Notes under the pieces: generated by a model
The model's database searches: none
What the model saw: the letters and a program-made list of their open reading frames with translations, nothing else
Told to the model about the DNA's origin: nothing
In this document: positions 8,123 through 15,993 of the stretch, in pieces
Layout of the letters: each line of letters begins with the position of its first letter
Numbering within the stretch: position 1 is the first letter of the stretch
Program-made: the position numbers and the translations under genes
Assembly (NCBI GenBank): GCA_963933835.1
Contig: CAWVVV010000002.1
Coordinates: forward strand, 291,219-315,218
Source of the DNA: an uncultured Puniceicoccaceae bacterium
GTDB lineage: Bacteria > Verrucomicrobiota > Verrucomicrobiia > Opitutales > Oceanipulchritudinaceae
Direction of reading: 5' to 3'
Length of the DNA: 24,000 bases

Positions 8123-8281
8123 TTACTCGTCTGGCAACGTCTTCTTCAAACCAAAGACGCCCTTTTCGGCATCCCAATCGCCGCGCTTGCGGAGCAAAGC
8201 AATACGCTCGAAGCGTTTGAGGACATTGCGCTTTTTCTTGGAGCCGCTTCCACCGGCACTGAAACTTGGATGTTGGGACAT
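8123..8281 (-). CDS. small basic protein (52 aa), conserved-looking, absent from the ORF track
   Basis: Hand translation of the minus strand gives MSQHPSFSAGGSGSKKKRNVLKRFERIALLRKRGDWDAEKGVFGLKKTLPDE*. An AAGGAG Shine-Dalgarno sits 7 nt upstream of the ATG, and the strong terminator lies 32 nt downstream. It resembles my recollection of the small basic protein family annotated in Verrucomicrobia and related phyla. The 250-aa track ORF covering this region (7950-8702) is an Arg-rich shadow frame. Confidence 0.75.
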   Translation of the reverse strand: MSQHPSFSAGGSGSKKKRNVLKRFERIALLRKRGDWDAEKGVFGLKKTLPDE

Positions 8282-8386
8282 GGTTGGATTCTCCTTGTTG
8301 AAAAGAAAAACGGTGAAAACACTCTGGAGAGAAGTCTAGAGCAAGGAAAAACGCGTTTCGTGGCGAATTAGTCTGCTCCCGCCGCC

Positions 8387-8926
8387 TCAACTGCTCTGCA
8401 TGCCTGGGTCTAGAATGCGGAGAAAAAACCAGACAAGGACCCCCGTTACCGACACGTAAAGCCAGATCGGATACGTCCAGCGAGCGACTGCCCGGTGGGC
8501 GTCGAAGCGCTTTAGGGCGGCAAAGCTCAGCGTATTGAGAACGAGAGGAAGCGCGATGACTGAGAGCAGGATGTGACTGATCAGGATGGCGAAATAGATC
8601 CCGCGCAGTGCGCCTTCGAGTGTCGTAGGGGTGTCCCCGTGAACCGTGTGGTGAACGAGATAGCCGCCGAGAAAAGTGCCCGAAGCGATCGTCGCCGCGC
8701 ACATCGAAATGCCATGGGCGCGCTTCTTGCCTTTCTTGATGAGGATAATCCCAAGGGTCAGAAAGGATGCGCTGGTGGCGTTACAGGCGGCATTGAAATG
8801 CGGAAGCCAGCTGAGCGCCCCTGCTTCGACGTCTTCGAGGTCGAAGAGGTAGATGAGCCAGATCAGCCCAAGGCAAATGACGGCACTGAGCCCGATGTTA
8901 ATCGCGATGAGAAGGCGGTTGGACAT
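8387..8926 (-). CDS. DUF420-family integral membrane protein (CtaM-like)
   Basis: 179 aa with four or more TM helices. Motifs: LPHFNAACNATSASFLTLGIILIKKGKKRAHGISMCAA..., YFAILISHILLSVIALPLVLNTL..., and HRAVARWTYPIWLYVSVTGVLVWFFL. These match the DUF420 pattern as I recall it. Confidence 0.7.
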   Translation of the reverse strand: MSNRLLIAINIGLSAVICLGLIWLIYLFDLEDVEAGALSWLPHFNAACNATSASFLTLGIILIKKGKKRAHGISMCAATIASGTFLGGYLVHHTVHGDTPTTLEGALRGIYFAILISHILLSVIALPLVLNTLSFAALKRFDAHRAVARWTYPIWLYVSVTGVLVWFFLRILDPGMQSS

Positions 8927-8959
8927 GGCGCGGTGGAGCTTAAGACGGCGGTGGAGGGT

Positions 8960-9877
8960 TTACGCCTCGTCTCGTATGATGAGATCGAAGGGGATGAATT
9001 GCTCGACCCCGTTGACTGAGAATTGAGCCCAGACTCGGTATTCGCCGGGCTCCTCGACGGAAAAGCGAAACTCCAGTCGCGGGTCTGCTGGGTCCGGAGC
9101 GACGCCGGGCAGTGCGGTCGGGTGAAAGTGTGCGAAGCCAGTGCGGTCTGAACTGAAGGCGACGAGGTGGGCGTAGGCATCCATGACCGGGTCGAGGGTC
9201 AGGCTTTCGTCGCCTTCGAGCGGATTGATTTCTAAGGTCAGTTCGATTGTTTCCCCGACGACGAGCTTGGATTCGGGGTAGTTCAACTTGGCGGGAAATG
9301 GCAGTGCCTCGATCGATGTCGCCGCGGTTTCAGATCCCTGTGCTGCTTCGACTTGAAATGAGCCGGCAAGGAGCGTGCGCTTGGCCGTCTTCAGCGGAAT
9401 GAAATCGAGATAGAAGTCGTAGCTACCTGCGCGCTGCGGGGTGTGGGTAAAGTGATAGCTGCCGAGAGCACCGCCATCGACCGGATGGAGGTGCTGGTAG
9501 TCCGCCAAGGCGTCGTCGATGATCATGGCGTGAATCCGCTCAGTATGGCTCACCGCGATGTCTTCGTAGGCCAGAGGACGCCCCGTCGAGGTCGCGAGCT
9601 GGAGGACGAAGGTCGTTTCCTCGCCGACCCGGGGCGTGCTGAGCGCTTCTAGCTTAAGCGCGACTGGATACTTCAGCTCGTCGAGATCGAAGAAGCCAAC
9701 TTCCTCGATTCCGCAGCCTTCAATCACGCCGGCATCATTGATGTAGGCGCCATAGTGAACGACTTCACAGGCTTCGACGGGAATCGAGCGCAGGCCTACG
9801 TAGGCGCCAAGGCAGGCGCTGGTCAGAACGAAGGTGGTGATCCACTGGCTTTTTGAAAACACAGCGCAATCACACAC
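8960..9877 (-). CDS. exported or anchored protein with two tandem beta-sandwich (YtkA/FixH-like) domains, each carrying an H-x-H-P motif
   Basis: N-terminal hydrophobic anchor (WITTFVLTSACLGAYVGL). There is an internal duplication. Domain 1: VGEETTFVLQL...RIHAMIIDDALADYQHLHP...GSYHFTH...GSYDFYLDF. Domain 2: VGETIELTLEI...AYAHLVAFSSDRTGFAHFHP...LEFRFSV...GEYRVWAQF. It ends 33 nt upstream of the DUF420 gene on the same strand. Confidence 0.6.
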   Translation of the reverse strand: MCDCAVFSKSQWITTFVLTSACLGAYVGLRSIPVEACEVVHYGAYINDAGVIEGCGIEEVGFFDLDELKYPVALKLEALSTPRVGEETTFVLQLATSTGRPLAYEDIAVSHTERIHAMIIDDALADYQHLHPVDGGALGSYHFTHTPQRAGSYDFYLDFIPLKTAKRTLLAGSFQVEAAQGSETAATSIEALPFPAKLNYPESKLVVGETIELTLEINPLEGDESLTLDPVMDAYAHLVAFSSDRTGFAHFHPTALPGVAPDPADPRLEFRFSVEEPGEYRVWAQFSVNGVEQFIPFDLIIRDEA

Positions 9878-9936
9878 GATACAGGGTGTAGATCAAGCCA
9901 CACAGCTCGATTTGGGCTGAAAAAGTGGCGTAACGG

Positions 9937-10302
9937 CTATTTCTGTGCCGCTTTGAAGACGCGTCGAGCGAGGCCAATGAGACGGCGCCCCGAAACACGG
10001 GCTTTAAGGCTCTCCCGCATCATGAAGCCATTGACGTATTTGTGCTGGTAGAAATCCACGTCCCCTCGCACATCGGATATTGAGATTTTATCCCCCGCTT
10101 GCTTGATCAGGAGGTATTCTGCGAAGAAGCTTTCGGGCCGCATTGGTCGAACCAAAGCTCGGAGAAAACGCGCATGCCAGAACAGCGTTTGTCTGAGGAC
10201 GCGTGGTTCAAATTCGTCCACCGAGCAGTCGTAGACTTTGCAATACGCGGTCCTGAAATCGATTTGATTTTCAGAAAGGTAAGCTGCAGCGGTGTTCGAC
10301 AT
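9937..10302 (-). CDS. hypothetical protein (121 aa)
   Basis: ORF-track entry with an ATG start, divergent from the flavoprotein gene. No recognisable motif. Confidence 0.45.
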   Translation of the reverse strand: MSNTAAAYLSENQIDFRTAYCKVYDCSVDEFEPRVLRQTLFWHARFLRALVRPMRPESFFAEYLLIKQAGDKISISDVRGDVDFYQHKYVNGFMMRESLKARVSGRRLIGLARRVFKAAQK

Positions 10303-10527
10303 GGGAAGTGAGCGTCTCGCTCATGGATAGCTGGCGGAGGATCGAGGAAGGGCTCAGGTTGAATCAACGGTTTGGGGGAGTAGTCCAAAAATAGAAGTGA
10401 GTTATCTTACGTCGCAGTATTGATCTTTCCTCAGGCGATGGCGAAGGAAAAAATTGTTCCTAAATTGTAAAAAAGCACTCTTCTTCCTCGTTTTACGACG
10501 ACTTGTCCAGTTCGATATGCGTGAACT

Positions 10528-11703
10528 ATGCAGCGTGGAGAGCCAGTTTTCAGTTTAGCCCTTATTGGAGCCGGGCCGGCCGGTCTGTCAGCCGTATTCA
10601 CCGCGCTGCAAAACGGTATCAGCCCGGAGCAAATCTGTCTTTGCGAGCGGGCAGACACACTTCTAGGCGGATGGCGCCACACCTCGGTTCCCATCATCGA
10701 GAGGATGGACCCCTCGGTGACTTGGCAGTCCGCGCAGGGCGGCCTGAACGACCACTCTTGGCTCGAGGCGCTTGATACCGAGTCGTCCGCTGTCTTCGAT
10801 GGTGGCTCCCTGGTTGCACTCCGGAAAACGCTCCTCGAGCAGCTTAATCGGGCAGGCGTGGCGATTCGCACCGGCGCCAAGGCTCTGGAGATTGGTCGCG
10901 ATTATAATAACGACTTTCGTGCGTGGTTTGAGAGTGGGGTGCCCATCACCGCCAAGCGCCTCATCATTGCGACCGGTGGCGGCAAAAATCACGGCTATCG
11001 CTGGGCCGAAGAAAAGTCGCTTTCGATTCAGCCCTTTCTTCCTGCCGGGATCAACCTGCGGCTCAAAGAATCGCGCAAACGAACGTGGGGCTCCCTCCCT
11101 CCGACCAAGGTTCAGGTCGGCCTCGCGTCGATGGACGATCGTGCCGAAGGCTCGATCGAGGGGCCACACCCATGGCTCGGCGGCACCGCTTTGACGCGTC
11201 TCAGCCTATGCGCCCCCGCCGCCCTCGCCGCCGCGAATTATAAAGGCTCGATCCAGATCAACTGGCTTTGCCGCGGGCAAGAAGGCGTTTCGTCCAAAGA
11301 GCTCATGCAGTTCCAGGAGCAGGCCGGCCGCAGGACGCTTGAAGAGTATCCATGGACGGGCTTGGAGAAGACGGTTTGGAAAACCCTCCTCCAGCGCGCC
11401 CGCGCCGAGCCCTCCGCGTTATGGCGTTCGCTCTCCCAGCGCGAGCTCCAGAACCTCGCCTCTCAGTTCACGCGCGCTCAGTTCAAATTCGAGGGCTATC
11501 GCCTCGACCGGATCGGGGGTCTCGCCGCCGGGGGTCTCGGCCTCGAGGAACTCGTCCCCGGCACCTTCGAATCAAAACGCGAAGCGGGCCTCTTCTGGAT
11601 CGGAGAGCTCGTCGATCTCCATGCCTCAGATCCCAACGCCAACCTCTGGCTCGCCCACCTCGCAGGCAAAAACGCCGCCGATGCCGTGGCCCATACTCTC
11701 TAA
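10528..11703 (+). CDS. FAD-dependent oxidoreductase, HI0933/YhiN-like (aminoacetone-oxidase family) flavoprotein, divergent member
   Basis: N-terminal dinucleotide fold LALIGAGPAGLSAVFTAL. Central IIATGGG. C-terminal GGLGLEELVPGTFESKREAGLFWIGELVDLHA..NANLWLAHLAGKNAA resembles the HI0933-family tail (GGV...tmeSk.vpGLYfaGEvlDvdg..GGyNlq.A..sG). Confidence 0.65.
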   Translation: MQRGEPVFSLALIGAGPAGLSAVFTALQNGISPEQICLCERADTLLGGWRHTSVPIIERMDPSVTWQSAQGGLNDHSWLEALDTESSAVFDGGSLVALRKTLLEQLNRAGVAIRTGAKALEIGRDYNNDFRAWFESGVPITAKRLIIATGGGKNHGYRWAEEKSLSIQPFLPAGINLRLKESRKRTWGSLPPTKVQVGLASMDDRAEGSIEGPHPWLGGTALTRLSLCAPAALAAANYKGSIQINWLCRGQEGVSSKELMQFQEQAGRRTLEEYPWTGLEKTVWKTLLQRARAEPSALWRSLSQRELQNLASQFTRAQFKFEGYRLDRIGGLAAGGLGLEELVPGTFESKREAGLFWIGELVDLHASDPNANLWLAHLAGKNAADAVAHTL

Positions 11704-11798
11704 ACACGCAGGACGATTCAACCCAACGCCAAGTGGATACAAGAGAGGCTGTCGCGGGACGACGGCAACAAACTGTATCATCCGACGTATTAGAAAAA

Positions 11799-12095
11799 TC
11801 ACTCGCTCATCTGAGCCATGATTTTTCCTACATGGGTAAGCACTTCTTCATGCTCTTTTGTCGGGCTGAAATCAATGAACTTCAGATCCTTGTCGACGAT
11901 GGCCGTATGGCCTGCTGGGGCGTAAAATACATCACCCTCTTCAAAGACTTCTTCGTGCCCATCATCGTAAATGAAACGAAACGCTCCCTTGAAAACGTAG
12001 CCCAAATGCGGGCAGTGGCAGCTGTCATTTGTGAGGCCTTTGAGCAATGGAGTGAAGTCAGTCCCTTGCGGGAGTTCATGGAAGTTTGCATCCAT
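11799..12095 (-). CDS. cupin-domain protein (98-aa ORF; probably the C-terminal part of a longer frameshifted gene)
   Basis: Cupin motif-2-like GDVFYAPAGHTAIV. Motif-1 region CHCPHLGYVFKGAFRFIYDDGHEEVFEEG. The ORF is N-terminally short for a complete cupin barrel. Confidence 0.65.
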   Translation of the reverse strand: MDANFHELPQGTDFTPLLKGLTNDSCHCPHLGYVFKGAFRFIYDDGHEEVFEEGDVFYAPAGHTAIVDKDLKFIDFSPTKEHEEVLTHVGKIMAQMSE

Positions 12096-12430
12096 GTTCC
12101 CGAATCCCCATCAAACAGAGTTCCTTCAATGGATAACACATCATTGCGGCTACGCTCTATTATGAACTCTTCTCGATCCCATGTTGAGTTGGGCAGCCCC
12201 TTGAAAAGGGAGCCATCAGTGGCTTCGCTGATTATTGTCGGCGAAGGCTGACCCAAGAAGTGTCTGACACCTGGTCTTGCTGCCGCGTCATCCGGAATGG
12301 GGTATTGAAGCGCTGAAATAGTAGATACCCTAAGTATTGCGATAGTCACTATCGATACGCAGATACCGACGATCGAAACAGTCACACATAGCTTCCGAGT
12401 ATTCATTCTACTATGAATTAAACGGAACAT
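11799..12430 (-). pseudogene. signal-anchored cupin protein, N-terminal (12430 to about 12110) and cupin (12095 to 11799) parts separated by a 1-nt frameshift
   Basis: Track ORF 11882-12430 starts 12 nt after the TrmH-family stop and has a hydrophobic anchor (LCVTVSIVGICVSIVTIAIL). It then runs 214 nt out of frame across the cupin ORF. In the cupin frame a TGA lies at 12111-12113, so any frame switch must fall in 12096-12110, which holds C3 and C4 runs. Adding one base there gives ...GTLFDGDSGNMDANFHELPQG... Confidence 0.45.
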
Positions 12431-12442
12431 GACCCCATTTTA

Positions 12443-13255
12443 TTATTTCGAGCGCTGGCGCACGGCTTCGAAGAGAGCGATGCCGGCGGTGACGCTGACG
12501 TTGAGGCTATCGGTGATACCCGACATCGGCAGCTTCGCGGGACGGCAGGGGGCCTCGAGCCATTCCTGCGAGAGCCCTTTGTCTTCGGGTCCGAGGACGA
12601 GCGCGGTGGGGGCCTTTAGGTCGATGTCCCAGAGTTGATCCTCGGCGTGAGGGGTCAGGGTGACGGGCTGGATGTGCTGTTCTTCAAGAAAGAGGAGGGC
12701 TTCAGCGCTGCTTGTTTCAACGATGGGGAGGTCGAAGAAAGCGCCTTGGGAGGCGCGGATGGCGTTTGGATTGTAAACGTCGCAGACGGCATCGCAGAGG
12801 ATGAGGGCATCGGCCCCGGCGGCGTTGGCCGAGCGCATGAGGGCTCCGAGGTTGCCAGGTTTCTCGACCCCTTGAGCGATTAGGAGAAAGGCGGGTTTAC
12901 TAAGAGTAAGGTCTTCGAGTGAGCGGGGGCGCTCGGGGGCGATGCCGAGGAGGCCATCGGGGTTTTCCCGGTAGGCGGCTTTGGCGAAGACGCTCTTGCT
13001 CAGTTGCACGACTTCGATCGAGCGTTCGCTGGCTTTCTCGACGAGGTCCATCGCATCCGGTCGCAGAAAGCTTTCGGGCGCAAAGAAGAGGGTGCTGAGT
13101 TCCCATCCGCTTTCGATCGCGCGCTCGAGTTCACGTTCTCCCTCGATGAGGAAGCAGCCCGCACGGCGGCGGTGGCGGGCGTCGCGCAGCCGGACAAGGT
13201 CTTTGACCCGTGGGTTTTGCAGACTGGTGATGAGATTGGGCGGCGAAGAAGACAT
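12443..13255 (-). CDS. SpoU/TrmH-family RNA 2'-O-methyltransferase (270 aa from ATG 13255)
   Basis: N-terminal substrate-binding region SLQNPRVKDLVRLRDARHRRRAGCFLIEGERELERAI. SPOUT motifs: GVEKPGNLGALMRSANAAGADALIL, NPNAIRASQGAFF, LVLGPEDKGLS, and IPMSGITDSLNVSVTAGIALFE. The 412-aa track ORF extends upstream into the opposite-strand gene, so the upstream part is rejected. Confidence 0.88.
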   Translation of the reverse strand: MSSSPPNLITSLQNPRVKDLVRLRDARHRRRAGCFLIEGERELERAIESGWELSTLFFAPESFLRPDAMDLVEKASERSIEVVQLSKSVFAKAAYRENPDGLLGIAPERPRSLEDLTLSKPAFLLIAQGVEKPGNLGALMRSANAAGADALILCDAVCDVYNPNAIRASQGAFFDLPIVETSSAEALLFLEEQHIQPVTLTPHAEDQLWDIDLKAPTALVLGPEDKGLSQEWLEAPCRPAKLPMSGITDSLNVSVTAGIALFEAVRQRSK

Positions 13256-13339
13256 CGGTGGGCTTGCTGATGAGTGAGGATAAAAACCCGCCAGCCGACG
13301 AGCTGATTTCGAGCGAAGATATGCGTCCTTGCCAGATAC

Positions 13340-14614
13340 GTGCGGAATGGCATCTTCCGCCGACAAGTTGGCCCTGCCAATTTCACTGCCACGATTGTGA
13401 GACTTCCGAAAAAATTCGTCCCCGAACCCTTTGCCTATCACGAGGAGGTAGAGCTGGAGATCAATGACCTGACAAACCTCGGTGAAGGCGTTGGCCGCAT
13501 CGACGATTGGGTCGTGATGGTGCCCTTTGCGCTCCCCGGTGAGCGTGTGAAAGCTCGCATCTGGCGGAACAAAACGAATTACTCCGACGCCGATCTCGTC
13601 GAAGTCCTGAAGGCCTCGCCGGATCGCGTCGAGCCACCCTGTGCGCTCTTTCAAGAGTGTGGCGGTTGTCAGTATCAGCACCTCAGCTATGAGGCGCAGT
13701 GGCGGTGGAAGACAGCGCAGATCGTTGAGCTCATGCGCCGTTTGGCGGGCTTGGAAATTGAAGTCCAGCCGTGCCGGGGTTCAACTGAGGCCTACGGTTA
13801 TCGCTCTAAGCTGACGCCGCATTACCAGCGGCCCAAAGATGGGAAAATGGGCCCGATTGGCTTTCTTCGCTATTCAAGTCGTTCGATCATCGATGTGGAG
13901 CAATGCCCGATTGCCCGCCCATTGATTAATGAACGGCTGACTGAAGAGCGCGCTCTTATGCACGCGATGCCACCTAAAAAGGGCAAGGGCGGCACACTCC
14001 TCCTGCGCGAAGGCGACGATGGGGTGACGACGGACAACAAAGACCTGCGCACGGGATCGGTGGGCGATAAGCGCTTCCAGTTCATCGCGGGGGAGTTTTT
14101 CCAGAACAATCCCTACGTTTTGCCGTTGCTCGTGGAGTACGCGCTCGACGAGTCGGAGAAGGGTGGAGAGCGCTATTTTGTCGATGCTTACTGCGGTGTC
14201 GGGGTCTTCGGAATTTGTGGAGCGGAGCGCTTTGAGGCGGTGGCCGGCATCGAGGTGAGTCCACCCGCCGTCGCGCTGGCACAAGCCAATGCGGCGCTCA
14301 ATGGGGTAAAAAACGCCGATTTTCTCATCGGTTCGGCTGAGGCGATTTTCGAGGAACTGAAATTCCCTGCCGCTGAAACGTGCGTTTTGATGGATCCACC
14401 CCGCCGTGGCTCAGACGAACTATTTCTTTCGCAGCTCGTTGCCTATGGGCCGAAGCGCGTCGTCTACGTCAGTTGTGGCCCCGATACGCAGGCGCGTGAT
14501 CTGCGCTACCTGATCGATCGCGGCTACCGTGTGGAGCGCATTCAGCCCTTTGACCTCTTCCCGCAAACTCGCCACATCGAGAACGTTGTCACCCTGGTAA
14601 AGGAACCAGCGTAA
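13340..14614 (+). CDS. RNA (uracil-5-)-methyltransferase, RlmD/TrmA (RumA) family with TRAM domain and Fe-S cysteines
   Basis: TRAM-like N-terminus (LEINDLTNLGEGVGRIDDWVVMVPFALPGERVKARIWRNK). Cluster cysteines CALFQECGGCQYQHLSY plus EQCPIA. SAM-binding fold DAYCGVGVFGI, then DPPRRG, and catalytic region YVSCGPDTQARD...FDLFPQTRHIENV. The start is uncertain: GTG 13340 or GTG 13397. Confidence 0.88.
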   Translation: MRNGIFRRQVGPANFTATIVRLPKKFVPEPFAYHEEVELEINDLTNLGEGVGRIDDWVVMVPFALPGERVKARIWRNKTNYSDADLVEVLKASPDRVEPPCALFQECGGCQYQHLSYEAQWRWKTAQIVELMRRLAGLEIEVQPCRGSTEAYGYRSKLTPHYQRPKDGKMGPIGFLRYSSRSIIDVEQCPIARPLINERLTEERALMHAMPPKKGKGGTLLLREGDDGVTTDNKDLRTGSVGDKRFQFIAGEFFQNNPYVLPLLVEYALDESEKGGERYFVDAYCGVGVFGICGAERFEAVAGIEVSPPAVALAQANAALNGVKNADFLIGSAEAIFEELKFPAAETCVLMDPPRRGSDELFLSQLVAYGPKRVVYVSCGPDTQARDLRYLIDRGYRVERIQPFDLFPQTRHIENVVTLVKEPA

Positions 14615-14738
14615 GCACTTTTTATGGGATGAAAGGCGATGAGCGCCCTCTATTCCATTGAAATGTCCGCGTTGAAACGCGGTTGCGTCGCAGCGGTAGC
14701 TACACCAGTATAATCCTAATTTTTTACGTCTAGCCTCT

Positions 14739-15248
14739 ATGCATCAGCTGATAGAAGACAACCTCACCTGCCTCGAGCAAGGCATCCAGTTTCTTGGATG
14801 CTTGCCTGCTGAGCTCTACACGACGCCTAGTACGGTGTGTTTTGGTAGCGCAATCGGAGGTCATTTTCGACATAACATTGATCACTACCAGCAGCTCCTC
14901 GACGGGATCGCGAAGGGCCGCGTGAACTATGATGCTCGCTCGCGAGATATCGAAGTGGAAACGCAGATCTCGGTGGCGATCGGCGCGCTTTGGTCGCTCA
15001 AGGGTGGGCTTTCCGCCCTCACGATTGAAGCCGACGACGGGACCGCGCTCGAAGTCATCATGGATGGCGGGGTTGAGGCGCAATCCACGCGTTCCAGCCT
15101 TTCGCGCGAACTCCAGTTTCTCATCAGCCACACGATTCACCACTACGCCTTGATCGTGACGATCTCGCAGACCCAAGACTTTGCTGAATTTCCGGCTGAT
15201 TTTGGGGTGGCTCCTTCGACGCTGAAGTTTCGCTCCCAATCAGCTTAA
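14739..15248 (+). CDS. DinB-like (DinB_2 superfamily) four-helix-bundle metalloprotein
   Basis: 169 aa with spaced histidine motifs GGHFRHNIDHY (N-terminal) and LISHTIHHYALI (C-terminal), typical of the DinB/YfiT-like His-triad fold. First gene of a tight operon. Confidence 0.6.
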   Translation: MHQLIEDNLTCLEQGIQFLGCLPAELYTTPSTVCFGSAIGGHFRHNIDHYQQLLDGIAKGRVNYDARSRDIEVETQISVAIGALWSLKGGLSALTIEADDGTALEVIMDGGVEAQSTRSSLSRELQFLISHTIHHYALIVTISQTQDFAEFPADFGVAPSTLKFRSQSA

Positions 15249-15251
15249 GCG

Positions 15252-15983
15252 ATGTGCACCGTTTCTTGGTCTATAGAAAAGGGCGGATATTGCCTATTCT
15301 TCAATCGCGATGAGCAGCTTACGCGCGCACCCGCTGAGGCGCCCATAGAGTGGGCCGATGAGGCAGGCATATTCTACGGCCCTAAAGATCCGGTCGGCCG
15401 CGGAACGTGGATTGGGGTTAATCCTCAGGGATGGACCTCCGCTGTCTTGAATTATTACGACGCGACTATCGAAGGGCTTGAGAAGCGCCCAAAGAGTCGA
15501 GGCGAATTGGTCAGGTCATTGGCACCGTTGACGGATAACCGACTTGTCAAAGCGGCGCTTTCGAAGCTGGCGAAGAAGGACTTCGCACCCTTTCACTTTT
15601 TGCGGGTTTCGCCCACCGGCGAGGGGAGCCTTTGGACCTCAAATGGCAAGAAATTGAGTGCGTCTGTCGTCGCGACGGAAAGCCTCCCGCTCACGACGTC
15701 TTCGGTCGATACCGAGCGGGTGACCGAGCGGCGCAAGGCGATCTATTCCTCCCTGAATGCGGGGGGCGCTACGTCGGCCGATTCTCTGAAGATGTTTCAC
15801 CGCTATTTTGATACTTCTGATCCCGCAGCGAGCGTGAGCATGCGCCGCGAAGATGCAGAAACGGTCAGCCTGTCTGAGATTTTCGTGAAGGCGAAGCTGA
15901 TCACGTTCGACTACCACGAACGAGCAGATGAAGGCACGGGGTTTAAGTCGCCGGTTAGCCTGAAGATTCAACGGATCAAATAG
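15252..15983 (+). CDS. NRDE-family protein (DUF833; bacterial homologue of eukaryotic TANGO2)
   Basis: Starts MCTVSW with Cys2, which is Ntn-hydrolase-like, and contains the eponymous FFNRDE motif at residues 16-21. Length 243 aa. It begins 3 nt after the DinB-like stop. Confidence 0.8.
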   Translation: MCTVSWSIEKGGYCLFFNRDEQLTRAPAEAPIEWADEAGIFYGPKDPVGRGTWIGVNPQGWTSAVLNYYDATIEGLEKRPKSRGELVRSLAPLTDNRLVKAALSKLAKKDFAPFHFLRVSPTGEGSLWTSNGKKLSASVVATESLPLTTSSVDTERVTERRKAIYSSLNAGGATSADSLKMFHRYFDTSDPAASVSMRREDAETVSLSEIFVKAKLITFDYHERADEGTGFKSPVSLKIQRIK

Positions 15984-15993
15984 AGCCGCGCGG

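Noticed and set aside
7950-8702. 250-aa minus-strand ORF spanning the znuB 3' end, the small-protein locus and part of the DUF420 gene
   Set aside because: It has an extremely Arg/Ser/Pro-rich, low-complexity translation. It overlaps three better-supported genes and has no motifs. This is a typical shadow ORF in GC-rich DNA.
11352-12251. 299-aa plus-strand ORF overlapping the flavoprotein 3' end and the cupin locus
   Set aside because: Its first half is an Arg/Pro-rich alternative frame of the flavoprotein gene, and its second half is antisense to the cupin gene. There is no recognisable domain.
13256-13681. N-terminal 141-aa extension of the TrmH-family ORF (track ORF 12443-13681)
   Set aside because: The extension runs antisense through the start of the well-supported RlmD/TrmA-family gene. 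SpoU-family homology begins at the internal Met (MSSSPPNLITSLQNPRVK) at 13255.
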